Positions 38,105 through 49,220 of a stretch of 64,000 nucleotides of DNA are shown one piece after another (the stretch's first letter is position 1; each line of letters starts with the position of its first letter). The notes under the pieces are model-generated. The model was not told the origin of the DNA. It searched no databases and saw only the letters and a program-made list of their open reading frames with translations. A program made the position numbers and the translations under genes. The DNA comes from Octopus sinensis (taxonomy: Eukaryota), in NCBI RefSeq assembly GCF_006345805.1, contig NC_042999.1:36580001-36644000 (forward strand), in the 5' to 3' direction.

Positions 38105-38199
38105 AAAATAGCAAAGTAAACTTGCAAGGTACTGCATGAGTGAAAACATATAGGAAAGAAGATTTGAAAATGCAGAGGTCTTTTAAAGATGTTTATTGA

Positions 38200-38712
38200 C
38201 TTGACCGGTTTCACTTTTTTAAAAGAAGATTTTCAAAAGTAAAATGTAAGGCTTTGTTTAGCCTTTGTTGTGTTAAAATTTGTTATCATAGTTGCATTAA
38301 AATATTTATACAGTCTTTGATAATAAGAAAATGTTAAGAGGGGCTTTTTGTTTAAAGTTTACATAAGTGTTCAAAATAGGTAGCAAAATAAATTCATAAT
38401 TATTTTAAATTCATCAAAAATCATGATTGTAAAGAAGCATCACAATCAAGGAAGCAGATAGGGGTAGTACTGTCATAATTATGAACATAGAACAATACAA
38501 AAACTCTGTATCTCACTTCTTACAAGATACTACCTACTATGAAAGCGTAGTCAACTACCAACAATCAAAAGCAATTTCCAAATTAAACACCCTCATTAAT
38601 GTTAAGAGGGGCTTTTTGTTTAAACAGTTTACATAAAAGTGTTCAAAATAGGTAGTAAAATAAATTCATAATTATTTTAAATTCATCAAAAATCATGATT
38701 GTAAAGAAGCAT
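38200..38712 (+). mobile_element. Penelope-like fragment with a ~112-bp direct repeat
   Basis: 38439-38600 translates ITIKEADRGSTVIIMNIEQYKNSVSHFLQDTTYY (the K.ADKG motif upstream of the PLE RT). 38330-38440 is repeated at 38598-38712. Confidence 0.6.
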
Positions 38713-38747
38713 ATATATGCGCCTATATATAAAAGTATGTATATATA

Positions 38748-38913
38748 GGCGCAGGAGTGGCTGTGTGGTAGGTAGCTTGTTTACCAACCACATAGTTCCG
38801 GGTTCAGTCGCACTATGTGGCACCTTGGGCAAGTGTCTTCTACTATAGCCTCGGGCCAACCAAAGCCTTGTGAGTGGATTTGGTAGACGGAAATGAAAGA
38901 AGCCTGTCATATA

Positions 38914-38959
<46 letters not shown>

Positions 38960-39176
38960 TGTGTGTGTTTGTGTGTCTGTTTGTCCCCCTAGCATTGCTT
39001 GATAACCAATGCTGGTGTGTTTATGTCCCCGTTACTTAGTGGTTCAGCAAAAGAGACTGATAGAATAAGTACTGGGCTTACAAAAGAACAAGTCCTGGGG
39101 GCGATTTGCTCGACTAAAGGCGGTGCTCCAGCATGGCCGTAGTCAAATGACTGAAACAAGTAAAAGAGTAAAAGAG
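38748..39176 (+). mobile_element. tRNA-derived SINE, full length
   Basis: A-box tggctgtgtgg, B-box ggttcagtc, CORE-like ggcaccttgggcaagtgtctt, central (AT)n(GT)n, tail (gtaaaaga)2. Confidence 0.9.
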
Positions 39177-39399
39177 AATCATATTTAAGTATTATACAAA
39201 ATTTTAGGGGAATGACCAACTTTTCTTCCTTCATCTCCAGTGTATGTGTGTTTAAGGGATGGTTGCTATTTTAAGATATAGTGTGGGAGGTTGGTTGGTG
39301 GGGGAGAACATTGTGGAATCAAAAGGATTTTTTTGCTTCTGGGCTAGTCTGTCATGGTTCAGTGATTTTTGGACTTGTCTTAGAGTTAAATATGGTGTG

Positions 39400-40165
39400 A
39401 GTGTAGGTGTGTGTCTGTGCATGTTTCTATGTGTGCGTGTATATATGTTTGTATGTGGGTTTTTTTTTTTGACTGGTCTTAGAGTTCAGTGTGGTGTGTG
39501 TATGGGTCTGTGTATGTGTGTTTTATATTTAGCAGGGTGGTGCATGTATATGTGTGCACGTTTGTGTGTGATTTGTATTTGTCAGTGTGCTGTGTGTGTG
39601 TGCATCTGTGTGTATGTGTTTGTTCGTGTGTGTGTGTGTGTGTCTGTATGTTTGTGTGTGTTGTGTTGGTTGTGATGGTATGTACGTGAGTATGTGTCTG
39701 TGTCTATGTTTGTAGTACTATAATTGTCCAGGTGGTGTGTGTGTGTGCATTTGCATGTGTGTGTGAGGGTGCATATGTATGTGTGAAAGTGTTGTATTTG
39801 TCTGGGGTTCTGTGTGTGTCCATGTTTCATTTATCCAGGTAGTGTGTATGTGTGTGTTTGTACAGAGTATGCATTTGTGTGTGTGTGTATATATGTGGGT
39901 GTGGTTTATGTAGTTTTTGGATGTGTGTGTGTTATATTTGTTGTGGCTAAATGTGTATGTGTACATGGGAATGCATGTATGTGTGTGTTATTTTTCTGTG
40001 TGGTGCATGCATATGTTTGGATGTATCATTGTGTTTCATTTGTATCGTTTGTGCAGTGTGTGTATACGTGTGGGTGTGTTTGTGTGAGTATGTCTGTGTG
40101 TCGTGTATGTGTGTGTGTCTGTGTTTGTGATTGTTGTGATTGTATTGCATGTATATATGTGTGAT
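39400..40165. repeat. Degenerate GT-rich simple repeat
   Basis: (GT)n interspersed with point changes; produces C/V-rich spurious ORFs. Confidence 0.9.
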
Positions 40166-40336
40166 TTTTTTTTATTGGGGATCAGGCAAAGAAACAGCAT
40201 CAGTACACTGCAAGATAGGACCCCTCTTCCAAAAGGATAGCTCCTTCACAAATAGTCCAACGAGGATCAGTGAGGTACTGAGTGACCAGTTCAAAGGTGT
40301 CTTTACCACCCCGTTGGAACACAGACAAGTGAATGA

Positions 40337-40592
40337 ACCACCCCCGCTACTGACTTGGTCACCTAGGTAAACTTCTAGATTTTCTCCCTGGAATGTGGCA
40401 GAAGTTCTCTGCACATTTTCAGTGTTTATTGCTCCTGAGCATCTGCCACATACAAAAGCTATCTTCCCAGTTAGCCTTCCTTTGATATTGCTGCACCTCT
40501 TATGTGTCCATAGCTTACACTGGGTACATCTTATAGAGTTTCTACCTACGCCTTTTCTACAGATCGAGCAGGGCCAACTACCTGAAGGGATT
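40337..40592 (-). pseudogene. RTE internal fragment (zinc-finger region)
   Basis: WPCSICRKGVGRNSIRCTQCKLWTHKRCSNIKG...CGRC...YLGDQVSSGGG; homologous to 46700-46970. Confidence 0.9.
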
Positions 40593-40758
40593 TGTGATTT
40601 ATATATATGTATGTGTGTGTGTGTGTGTATGTATTTATATATATATGTATGTATATGTATATATGTATGTATATATATACATAATATACACATACATATA
40701 TATATACACACATATACATATCATCATCATCATCGGACGTTAAACGATGATGATGATA

Positions 40759-40809
<51 letters not shown>

Positions 40810-40813
40810 ATAA

Positions 40814-41290
40814 TCTCTTATTATAAAAGGCAGATTTTATCTGCCTCCCTTTGGGAGTTATACAAATCTACAATATAGGATTTCTTCAATTACAATTTAC
40901 CTAGCATTTTTGAGAATACAATGCATCGCGTCATGCCAGGTCAAGTTTTTAAAATTTAAACTCCAATTAAGCAAAATTTACAGAAAACTCACATTCTGGT
41001 GTGTGTGTCAAATGCTTTTCTTAGTCTGGTTTACACCACACGCAAACGCACACACACAGTGGGCAACGAATAAAATGAAAGTAATTGACTTACTGTAGTG
41101 AGTGATTCTTTCACTCTGCCTCCCACTTCCTCTTTCAACACATAGACACGCAAATATATAAATAAAATTGTAAGCTAACGTGCGTGTGTGTGAGTGGGTG
41201 TGTGTGGGTGTGCGCGCGCGTGTGTGTGTGTGTGTGCGTGTGCGTGAGTGTGTGACAGGAAAGTTTTTTACGACGAATATAACACCTATA
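40814..41290 (+). mobile_element. Possible Helitron 5' fragment
   Basis: A|TCTCTTATTATAAAAGGCAG start resembles the other Helitron 5' ends; no 3' end is seen. Confidence 0.4.
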
Positions 41291-41305
41291 TCCAAGTAGC
41301 AGAAA

Positions 41306-41780
41306 GATAAGACAGTAAGGTGTGCTTTGAGGGAGATTTGGCTGCTATTTCTACCATGTCTAGCTGCCATGTAGGGGTCTCCCTCATAGGCTCATACATA
41401 CATATATACATAGATAAGACAGTAAGGTGTGATTTGGGGGAAATTTGGCTGCTATTTCTACCAGGTCTAGCTGCCATGTAGGGGTCTCCCTCATAGGCTC
41501 ATACATACATATATACATAGATAAGACAGTAAGGTGTGATTTGGGGGAAATTTGGCTGCTATTCTACAGGTCTAGCTGCCATGTAGGGGTCTCCCTCATA
41601 GGCTCATACATACATATATACATAGATAAGACAGTAAGGTGTGATTTGGGGAATTTGGCTGCTATTTCTACCAGGTCTAGCTACCATGTAGAGGTCCCCC
41701 TCATTGGCTCATATATATATACATACATAAGACAGTAAGGTGTGATTTGAGGAGATTTGGCTGCTGTTTCTACCAGGTCT
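41306..41780 (+). repeat. About 107-bp tandem repeat (about 4.5 units) derived from a SINE-like tail
   Basis: gataagacagtaaggtgtg starts at 41306, 41413, 41520, 41625 and ~41727. The core gtgtgatttg..gagatttggctgctatttcta also occurs singly near 24500, 30770 and 43880. Confidence 0.9.
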
Positions 41781-42164
41781 GTTAGGCCTTCTCATGTAAA
41801 CTCAAGCTTTCTCATGCCTTGAACATAAGACCAAAGCAGAGAATGTATTCTTTTATTCTTCTGCTTTTTCCAGCCATTGGTCTGTGGCCATGCTGGGGCA
41901 ATGCCTTGAAGAATTGTAGTTTAATGAATCAACTCCAGTTTTATTTTGTAAGCATTGTACTTATTCTATGTTTCCTTTTGTCAAACCACTAGGTGACAGG
42001 GATGTAAACAAACCAACATTCGTTGTCAAGCAGTGGTAGAGGACAATCACAAGCACAGACACGCACACCACACACACATACATGCATACACATATACACA
42101 CATACATACATACACATACACACATACATACATACATACATATATATATGTGTGTATATATATA

Positions 42165-42419
42165 TTGCAGCCGGAAGGTGTTTGTAAGCCATTTAAGAAA
42201 CACACAAAAACCGTTACATTCACTTCAACATTTAAATTTAATTTGCCAAAATATTTTGTCGCTTTGAGACCGCGACCTGTTCACTGACAAAAATATCGTG
42301 CTAACAGGTCGCGGTCTCAAAGCAACGAAAATATTTGACAAATTAAATTTAAATGTTGAAGTGAATCTAACGGTTTTTTGTGTTTCTTAAATGGCTTATA
42401 AACACCTTCAACGCTGCAA
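42165..42419. repeat. Long palindrome (117-bp arms, 21-bp loop)
   Basis: 42165-42281 versus 42303-42419 are reverse complements with a few mismatches. Confidence 0.92.
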
Positions 42420-42578
42420 CTGTTTTCGTTCCAGCACACGATCTCAGATCAAGTCACTTGCTATGCAAGTACATCTCTGTAACTATATAATATTTATATA
42501 TATATATATATGTATATGGTAAAAACAGTAAGATAACAAAAGAAAGAAAGAGACCTCAATATATGTAAATAGAGGAAA

Positions 42579-42971
42579 TCTTATATATAAAAGTGAGGTT
42601 GTGTGTCTGTCTCCTACGATTTAGATTCCTAACTACTCCCACATTTTGCAGTGCAGTTTAACCAAAACCGGGTATCTTATAGTCGTGATTCATATCGAGA
42701 CCGTCTGGGTATTAGCGCGCGTCTACGATGAGTCTACGATTTTTAAAAAATTTACCATCAATTTTTCCCATTTTTAATCCATTTTTGACATATATAAGGG
42801 AAGTAACTCTCTAAAATTTATTATTAAATCTCAGAACGTAAAAAGCTACAGTAACACCCCTCCCGCTTTGTGGTTAGCCATATTGAGATGGCTATTATAC
42901 TTTACATCTCTAAAAATGCTTATATAATTATTTCCCTTACAAACCCGAGCAACGCCAGGCGATACTGCTAG
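42579..42971 (+). mobile_element. Non-autonomous Helitron
   Basis: A|TCTTATATATAAAAG ... cccgagcaacgccagg ... tactgCTAG|T; sister copy of 28714-29109. Confidence 0.85.
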
Positions 42972-43223
42972 TATGTATATATATATGTATGTATATATAC
43001 ACACACACACACAGAAGGAAGAGAATGTTATAGGCAGGGTTGTGTAGTACACTCTCCAACCACCTTTTATCAATTCAAAATGAAAAATTAAATTACACCA
43101 TCTAGAAAATTACATATAATAGAAATATTAAATATAAGATAAAAAATATACCGATGATTAAGTAATGTGCAAAATAATAAATAAAACGTATATATAAGTA
43201 AGTTTGGAATAATATTCCCTCAA

Positions 43224-43260
<37 letters not shown>

Positions 43261-44407
43261 AGCTCATAAATTAACTTATAAATAAATGTAAGAAGGTGGA
43301 GCAGCCATTAATTATTTGCTCTAAATACATTTATTTACAAATACTATATTCAGCACTTGAATACTACACTTGTGGTGTGTCTATAATTAAATTTCAAATG
43401 TATTTGCAAAGCTTATTGGAAAAGAAAAACAAAAACTGTAGCCAAATGTGTCATGAGCTACATTGCCTGGCTTACATAAACAGTTATGTTGTATAGATAT
43501 TTGAGAAAACAATATATTCCGTGACTTGATGTAAGTAAAAAAATATTTCCTTTTATTTGTACTAGATATGTTGGCAAATAGCGCAGTTTTAGATTTAAGA
43601 AAAGATATGTTATTTGCAGAATCATCCTGACCTTTTAACAAAACTTACTACCTTCTTCCCTAAGCAGTAACATAAGTGGACACATATTTCTATCATTAGT
43701 ACTTGATTTAGTGATGCTATTGTTGTTTAACCCCTGGTTAGCCCTGATGGTCTTGGCATGTGATCAAAGACATTCTAGAAATAACCAGCCTACTCATGTT
43801 TTTCTTTTTTTTTTTTTACATGTAGTGTACTCAGACATTGTTAGCCAATGTATCCTTCCATTTTCTTAAGTCTCATGAGAGACATTTAGCTATTATTTTT
43901 AGTAGGTTGACTGGCCATGTAAAGAACCCCCCACATTGTCTTAGTTTAATGGTGTGGAAGTTCTTGCTGAGAAAATAAATATACTTCTACAGGGATTGCT
44001 ATTGTCATTAGTTATGATAGACCACTATGGTTCTTACAATCTCTCTTAAAATCCAACTGTGCCTGTATAGTTAAAAATGTTTACTTTCTAACCGAATGAC
44101 TGGGTTCAATCCCAATCCATTACTTCTTGGTGCCAAGTATCTTATTACTAAAGCATTTTAATATATATGACTTGGAGTTTAATAAGTAATTGTTTATGGG
44201 AATGAAATTTAAATGGGCTGATTAATCCTTAAGCATTTAATCCAGCCATATCTGGCCTAAATATTCTACCTGCCTTATGTTAAAACTAATCAAGTCCAAC
44301 TTCTCACACATACCCTACAGTGTCATTCTAAAAACATACAAACATACCATTGAAATCTTGAAGATATGAGATAATGCATGATGAATTCAAAACAATGTGA
44401 ATAAATA

Positions 44408-45135
44408 GGTGCAGGTATGGTTGTGTGGTAAGAAGTGTCTTCTACTTTAGCCTTAGGCTGACCAAAGCCTTGTGAGTAGATTTGGTTGACAGAAACTGAA
44501 AGTAGCCCATTGTATATCTCTTTTACGCTTTTACTTGTTTCAGTCATTTGACTGCGGCCAATCTGGAGCACTGCCTTTAGTCGAGTAAATCGACCCCAGG
44601 ACTTATTCTTTGTAAGCCTAGTACTTTTTATATCGGGTCCATTTTGCCGAACCTCTAAGTTACGGGGACGTAAACACACCAGCATCGGTTGTCAAGCGAT
44701 GTTGGGGCGACAAACACAGACACACAAATACACACACACATACACATATTTACATATATACAACGGGATTCTTTCAGTTTCCGTCTACCAAATCCACTCA
44801 CAAGGCTTTGGTCGGTCCAAGGCTATAGTAGAAGACACTTGCGCAAGGCGCCACGCAGTGGGACTGAACCCGGAACCATGTGGTTGGTAAGCAAGCTACT
44901 TACCACACAGCCACTCCTACACCTATGTGTGTGTGTGTGTGTTTGTTCCCCACCATCGCTTGACAATCGATGCTGGTGTGTTTGTGTCCCTGTGGTTCAG
45001 CAAAAGGGACCCATAGAATAAGCACCAGGCTTACAAAGTATAAGTCCTGGAGTCGATTTCTTTGATGAAAACCCTTTAAGGTAGTCCTCCAGAATGGCCA
45101 CGGTCAAGTGACTGAGACATATAAAAGAATGAAAT
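44408..45135. mobile_element. SINE (+) split by an antisense full-length copy of the same SINE (44518-44924)
   Basis: Head (+) 44408-44517, full copy (-) 44518-44924, tail (+) 44926-45135. Confidence 0.85.
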
Positions 45136-45238
45136 AAGTAATACATTTGACAAAACTAAAATATTAATTAGCTTATTTGTATCTTTTTGCAAAAAAAAAA
45201 AAATATGATTAACAAGCTTTTATCCTTTTGCTTTGCAG

Positions 45239-45373
45239 CATGGTGGCGGACATGGAGGGTATGACATGAATGTGATGCCTGCATGGCAGATGGGATATAC
45301 TGGTAAAGGAATTGTGATTTCTATATTGGATGATGGTATTGAAAAGGATCACCCAGACCTGAAAAAAAATTAT
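45239..45373 (+). CDS. FURIN: Furin-like exon with catalytic Asp (HGGGHGGYDMNVMPAWQMGYTGKGIVISILDDGIEKDHPDLKKNY)
   Basis: Acceptor ttttgctttgcAG, donor GTaag, 135 nt, phase 0-0. ILDDGIEKDHPDL is the S8B kexin/furin catalytic-Asp motif and is closer to furin than to PC1 or PC2. Confidence 0.97.
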
Positions 45374-46021
45374 GTAAGAAATTGACTTTATCATAACCAT
45401 TTTAATACTAACCCATCTGATATCACTCTTGAGCTGATGATACAAATTTCCTGTCCTTAAAATATTTTAAATTAAAATCTTTCATCAAAACTTCATGTTA
45501 TTTCCCAAATGCCCAGCTTAACAATGATGGAGTTAAATTCTTCATTATTTTAAGAATTAAGTCAGAAGCCTCTCCAACCCATCATGTGTATTATTTTGTA
45601 TGTATTACCTTCGAAACACGGAGTAGATGAAACAAGGACAACGGAAGAAGGGATATATTCTGTATAGTGTACGTTGTTCGAAAAAAAGTTTGTTTCTTTG
45701 TTTTTGTTTTTATGTTTTCGTTTCTCATTGTGTTCAACGTTTTTTTGATGTCCTGTATCCATATATGCGTGTATATATACATATATCATCATCATCATCA
45801 TCATCGTTTAACGTCCGTTTTCCGCGCTAGCACGGGTTGGACGGTTTGACCGGGGTCTGGGAAGCCAGGGGCCGCTCCAGGCTCCAGTCTGATTTGGCAG
45901 AGTTTCTACGGCTGGATGCCCTTCCTAACGCCAACCACTCCGTGAGTGTAGTGGGTGTTTTTTACGTGCCACCTGCACAGGGGCCGGGGGGTCCGGCATT
46001 GGTCGCGATCGGTTCGAGCTT

Positions 46022-49000
46022 TTAACGTGCCAGCGGCACGGGGGCAACTGGGTCCGGGGTACTTTGGGGATCCGGGGTACTTTGGGGATCCGGGGTACTT
46101 TGGGGATCTGGGGTACTTTGGGGATCCGGGGTACTTTGAATGGGTAGGGGGTATGTGGAATTGCTGCAGAAAGCAGCCCGGGTCTTTGCAGTCACAGCAT
46201 ATCTCCAGAGATCTCGGTCTTTCGCCATTGCCTCAGTGAGGCCCAATGCTCTGAAGTCATGCTTGACTACCTCATCCCATGTCTTCCTGGGTCTACCTCT
46301 CCCCCTGATACCTTCAACTGTTTGGGAGTGGCACTTCTTCACACATCTCTCTTCATCCATCCGCAGCACATGACCATACCATCGCAAGCGTCGCTCTTGC
46401 ACACCACATCTGATGCTTCTTATATCCAGCATTTCTCTTAGGATGCTTACACTCTGTCTTGCGTGCACACTGACACTACACATCCAGCGGATCATGCTAG
46501 CTTCATTTCTTTCAAGTCTACGCATGTCCTCTGCAGTCACTGCCCATGTTTCATTACCGTGAAGCATGGCAGTTCGCACACATGTATCATACAATCTACC
46601 TTTCGCTCTGAGGGAGAGACCTTTTGTTGCCAGTAGGGGTAGGAGCTTTCTGAACTTTGCCCAGGCTATTCGTATTCTAGTAGTGATACTCTCTGTGCAT
46701 CCACCTCCGCTACTAACTTGGTCACCCAGGTAGTGGAAACTATCAACTACTTCTAGTTTCTCTCCCTGGAGTGTGATGGAATCTGTTTTCTGAGTGTCTG
46801 TTGTGTCTATTGTCCCTGTGCATCTGCCGCACATGAAAGCTATCTTATCTGTTAATTTCCCTTTAATGTTGCTGCACCTCTTATGTGTCCATAACTTACA
46901 TTGGGTGCATCTTATGGAGTTTCTACCTGTACCTTCCTACAGATTGAGCAGGGCCACCTACCCGAGGGTGTGTGTGCTGAGTACCTCTTGCTGCTTACTA
47001 ATACTTTGGTCTTTGCTACATTTATTCTAAGGCCCTTTGATTCCAACCCTTGCTTCCACACCCGAAATTTCTCTTCTAGTTCCGGTAGTGATTCTGCTAT
47101 GAGAGCTAGGTCATCGGCATAGAGGAGCTCCCAGGGGCATCCCGTTTTGAATTCCTCTGTTATTGCCTGAAGGACTATGATGAATAAAAGGGGACTGAGG
47201 GCTGAGCCCTGGTGCACACCTACTTCTACCCGGAATTCTTCACTATATTCGTTGCCAATCCTAACCTTGCTGACAGCCTCTCTGTATAGAGCCTGTACAG
47301 CCCTTATTAGCCATTCTTCAATCTCCAGTTTCCGCATCGACCACCAGATGAGGGAACGGGGAACCCTGTCAAAGGCTTTCTCCAAGTCTACAAAAGCTAT
47401 GTAGAGGGGTTTATCTTTAGCTAGGTACTTCTCCTGCAGTTGTCGGACCAGGAATATAGCATCAGTGGTGCTTCTACCTGGTACAAAACGAACTGCATTT
47501 CATCTAAACAAATTCTCTCCCTAATGAGATGGGTTATGACCTTCTCTGAGACCTTCATCACCTGGTCCAACAGTTTGATACCTCTGTAGTTATTTCTATC
47601 TAGAGCATCACCCTTACCCTTGTAGCAGTTGACTATGGTGCTGCTGCACCAGTCATTGGGTATGACTCCATTGTGAACTACCTGGTTTACAATGCGGGTG
47701 ACTATGGTATAGCCCACATAGCCAGCTGTTTTAAGCATCTCAGCAGTGATTCCTGATAGGCCAGGGGCTTTGCCTGGTTTCATATCCTTAATTGCCTTAT
47801 CTACAAGGGAGCTGTCTATTCGGGTAGCTGGTCCCTCTACTGGGTCAACATTTGGCAGGCTCTCCTCCTCCCATTCATTCTCCTCATTCAGCAGTCTTTC
47901 ATAATGGCTTCTCCAAGCCTCTTTCTTTTCACTAACAGTAAATGCAAGTGCCCCATCATCCATGCAGACACATTTCTCTCCTATAACATCACTATTTTCT
48001 CTGACACACTGTCTGGCAATCCGAAATACTTCAGCTCTTTGATCCTCGCGTCGCTGGACATTGGCAAACTTCTTCTTTTCTGCTACGTCTTTGGCTATGT
48101 ATACCTGCCGCCCAGCCTCCCTTTTGGCTATCTGGTACAGTTCCCTGCTGCCTCCAGGCTTTCCAGGCCCGTCTCTTTCTACAGATGGCTTTATCTACTG
48201 CACTATTCCACCACCACGTAATTCTAGGTCTGGAAGGGACTTTGCACCATCCACAGACTCGGTCTGTGGCACTCAGCAAGCTGTCCCGTAGGAATTCCCA
48301 GCTACCTTCTATGTCCGACGTCTGAAGCTCCTCCTCCCTCTCATCAAATTTCTTGATGAGTATGTCCCTAAATTTCTGACCATGTGAAGGGTTCTTTAGC
48401 CTCCAAATCCTTCTTTTCTGGATTGGTTTGTTTCTTGGAGTCCTTCTGGCCTCAAGCTTAAAGTCACTGATGATTAGTCTATGCTGAGGAATACATTCTT
48501 CACCCGGGAGGGTCTTTGTATTCAAGAGCAACCCTGCATCCCGCTGTCTGGTGAGGATGAAGTCTATTTGGCTAGCGGAGTCTCCTGACTGATAGGTTAT
48601 AAGGTGGCAGACTGGCTTCTTGAAGTTAGTGTTGCAGATTGAAAGGTTACATGCATCACAGAATTCCAGCAGTCTAGTTCCCTCATCATTTCTGGTGCCA
48701 ATACCATAGCCACCATGTACCCCAGTGAAGATACCCGATTCCCGCCCAACATGCCCATTAAAGTCTCCACCTACAAAGATGAGGTCCTTGCTACTAGTCT
48801 TTGAAGTAGCCTGCAGAAGGTTATCATAAAAGTTGTCCTTCTGATCATTTGGTAGTCCCGCTTGTGGGGCATAGGCGGAGATAATCATAGCTGTGCCACT
48901 CTGTAGGACCAACCTGAGCTTAAGCACTCTATCGCAAACCCTGACAACCTCTATGACCTCATCCACCCATTTCTCGCAAGGAGAATGCCTACACCCCCTA

Positions 49001-49220
49001 CACCTTCCACGTTACCTTGCCAGAAGAGTTTGTACCTAAGTGCCTTGCCCGTGAGGACCCTAGCCGAAGCACCTCTCCATCTTACCTCTTGTATGCAGCA
49101 TACATCAACCTGTCTTCTCTCTAGCATCTCTACAATCTCACTAGACTTGCCTGTCAATGTACCAACATTGATAGTGCCAACTCTGAAAACTGGGAAGGAG
49201 ATGTGGGGGGGAGGGGGGAA
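46022..49220 (-). pseudogene. RTE APE-RT polyprotein broken into five ORFs by four frameshifts
   Basis: ORFs 48951-49157, 48031-48966, 47421-47963, 46912-47385 and 46022-46834 join into one frame. No nonsense substitutions were seen. Confidence 0.9.
46053..46138. repeat. 18-bp minisatellite (tccggggtactttgggga, about 4.8 copies), in frame with the RTE ORF end
   Basis: Units start at 46053, 46071, 46089, 46107 and 46125; the minus strand encodes (QSTPDP)n. Confidence 0.95.

Noticed and set aside
38748-38830. tRNA genes suggested by A/B-box sequences (also 57331, 60690, 62386)
   Set aside because: No complete cloverleaf was seen; they continue into SINE bodies and are multi-copy.
46022-48966. 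Host enzyme genes (endonuclease, polymerase) antisense to furin
   Set aside because: The motifs, the (GAT)n tail and the decayed paralogues in the window identify a retrotransposon.
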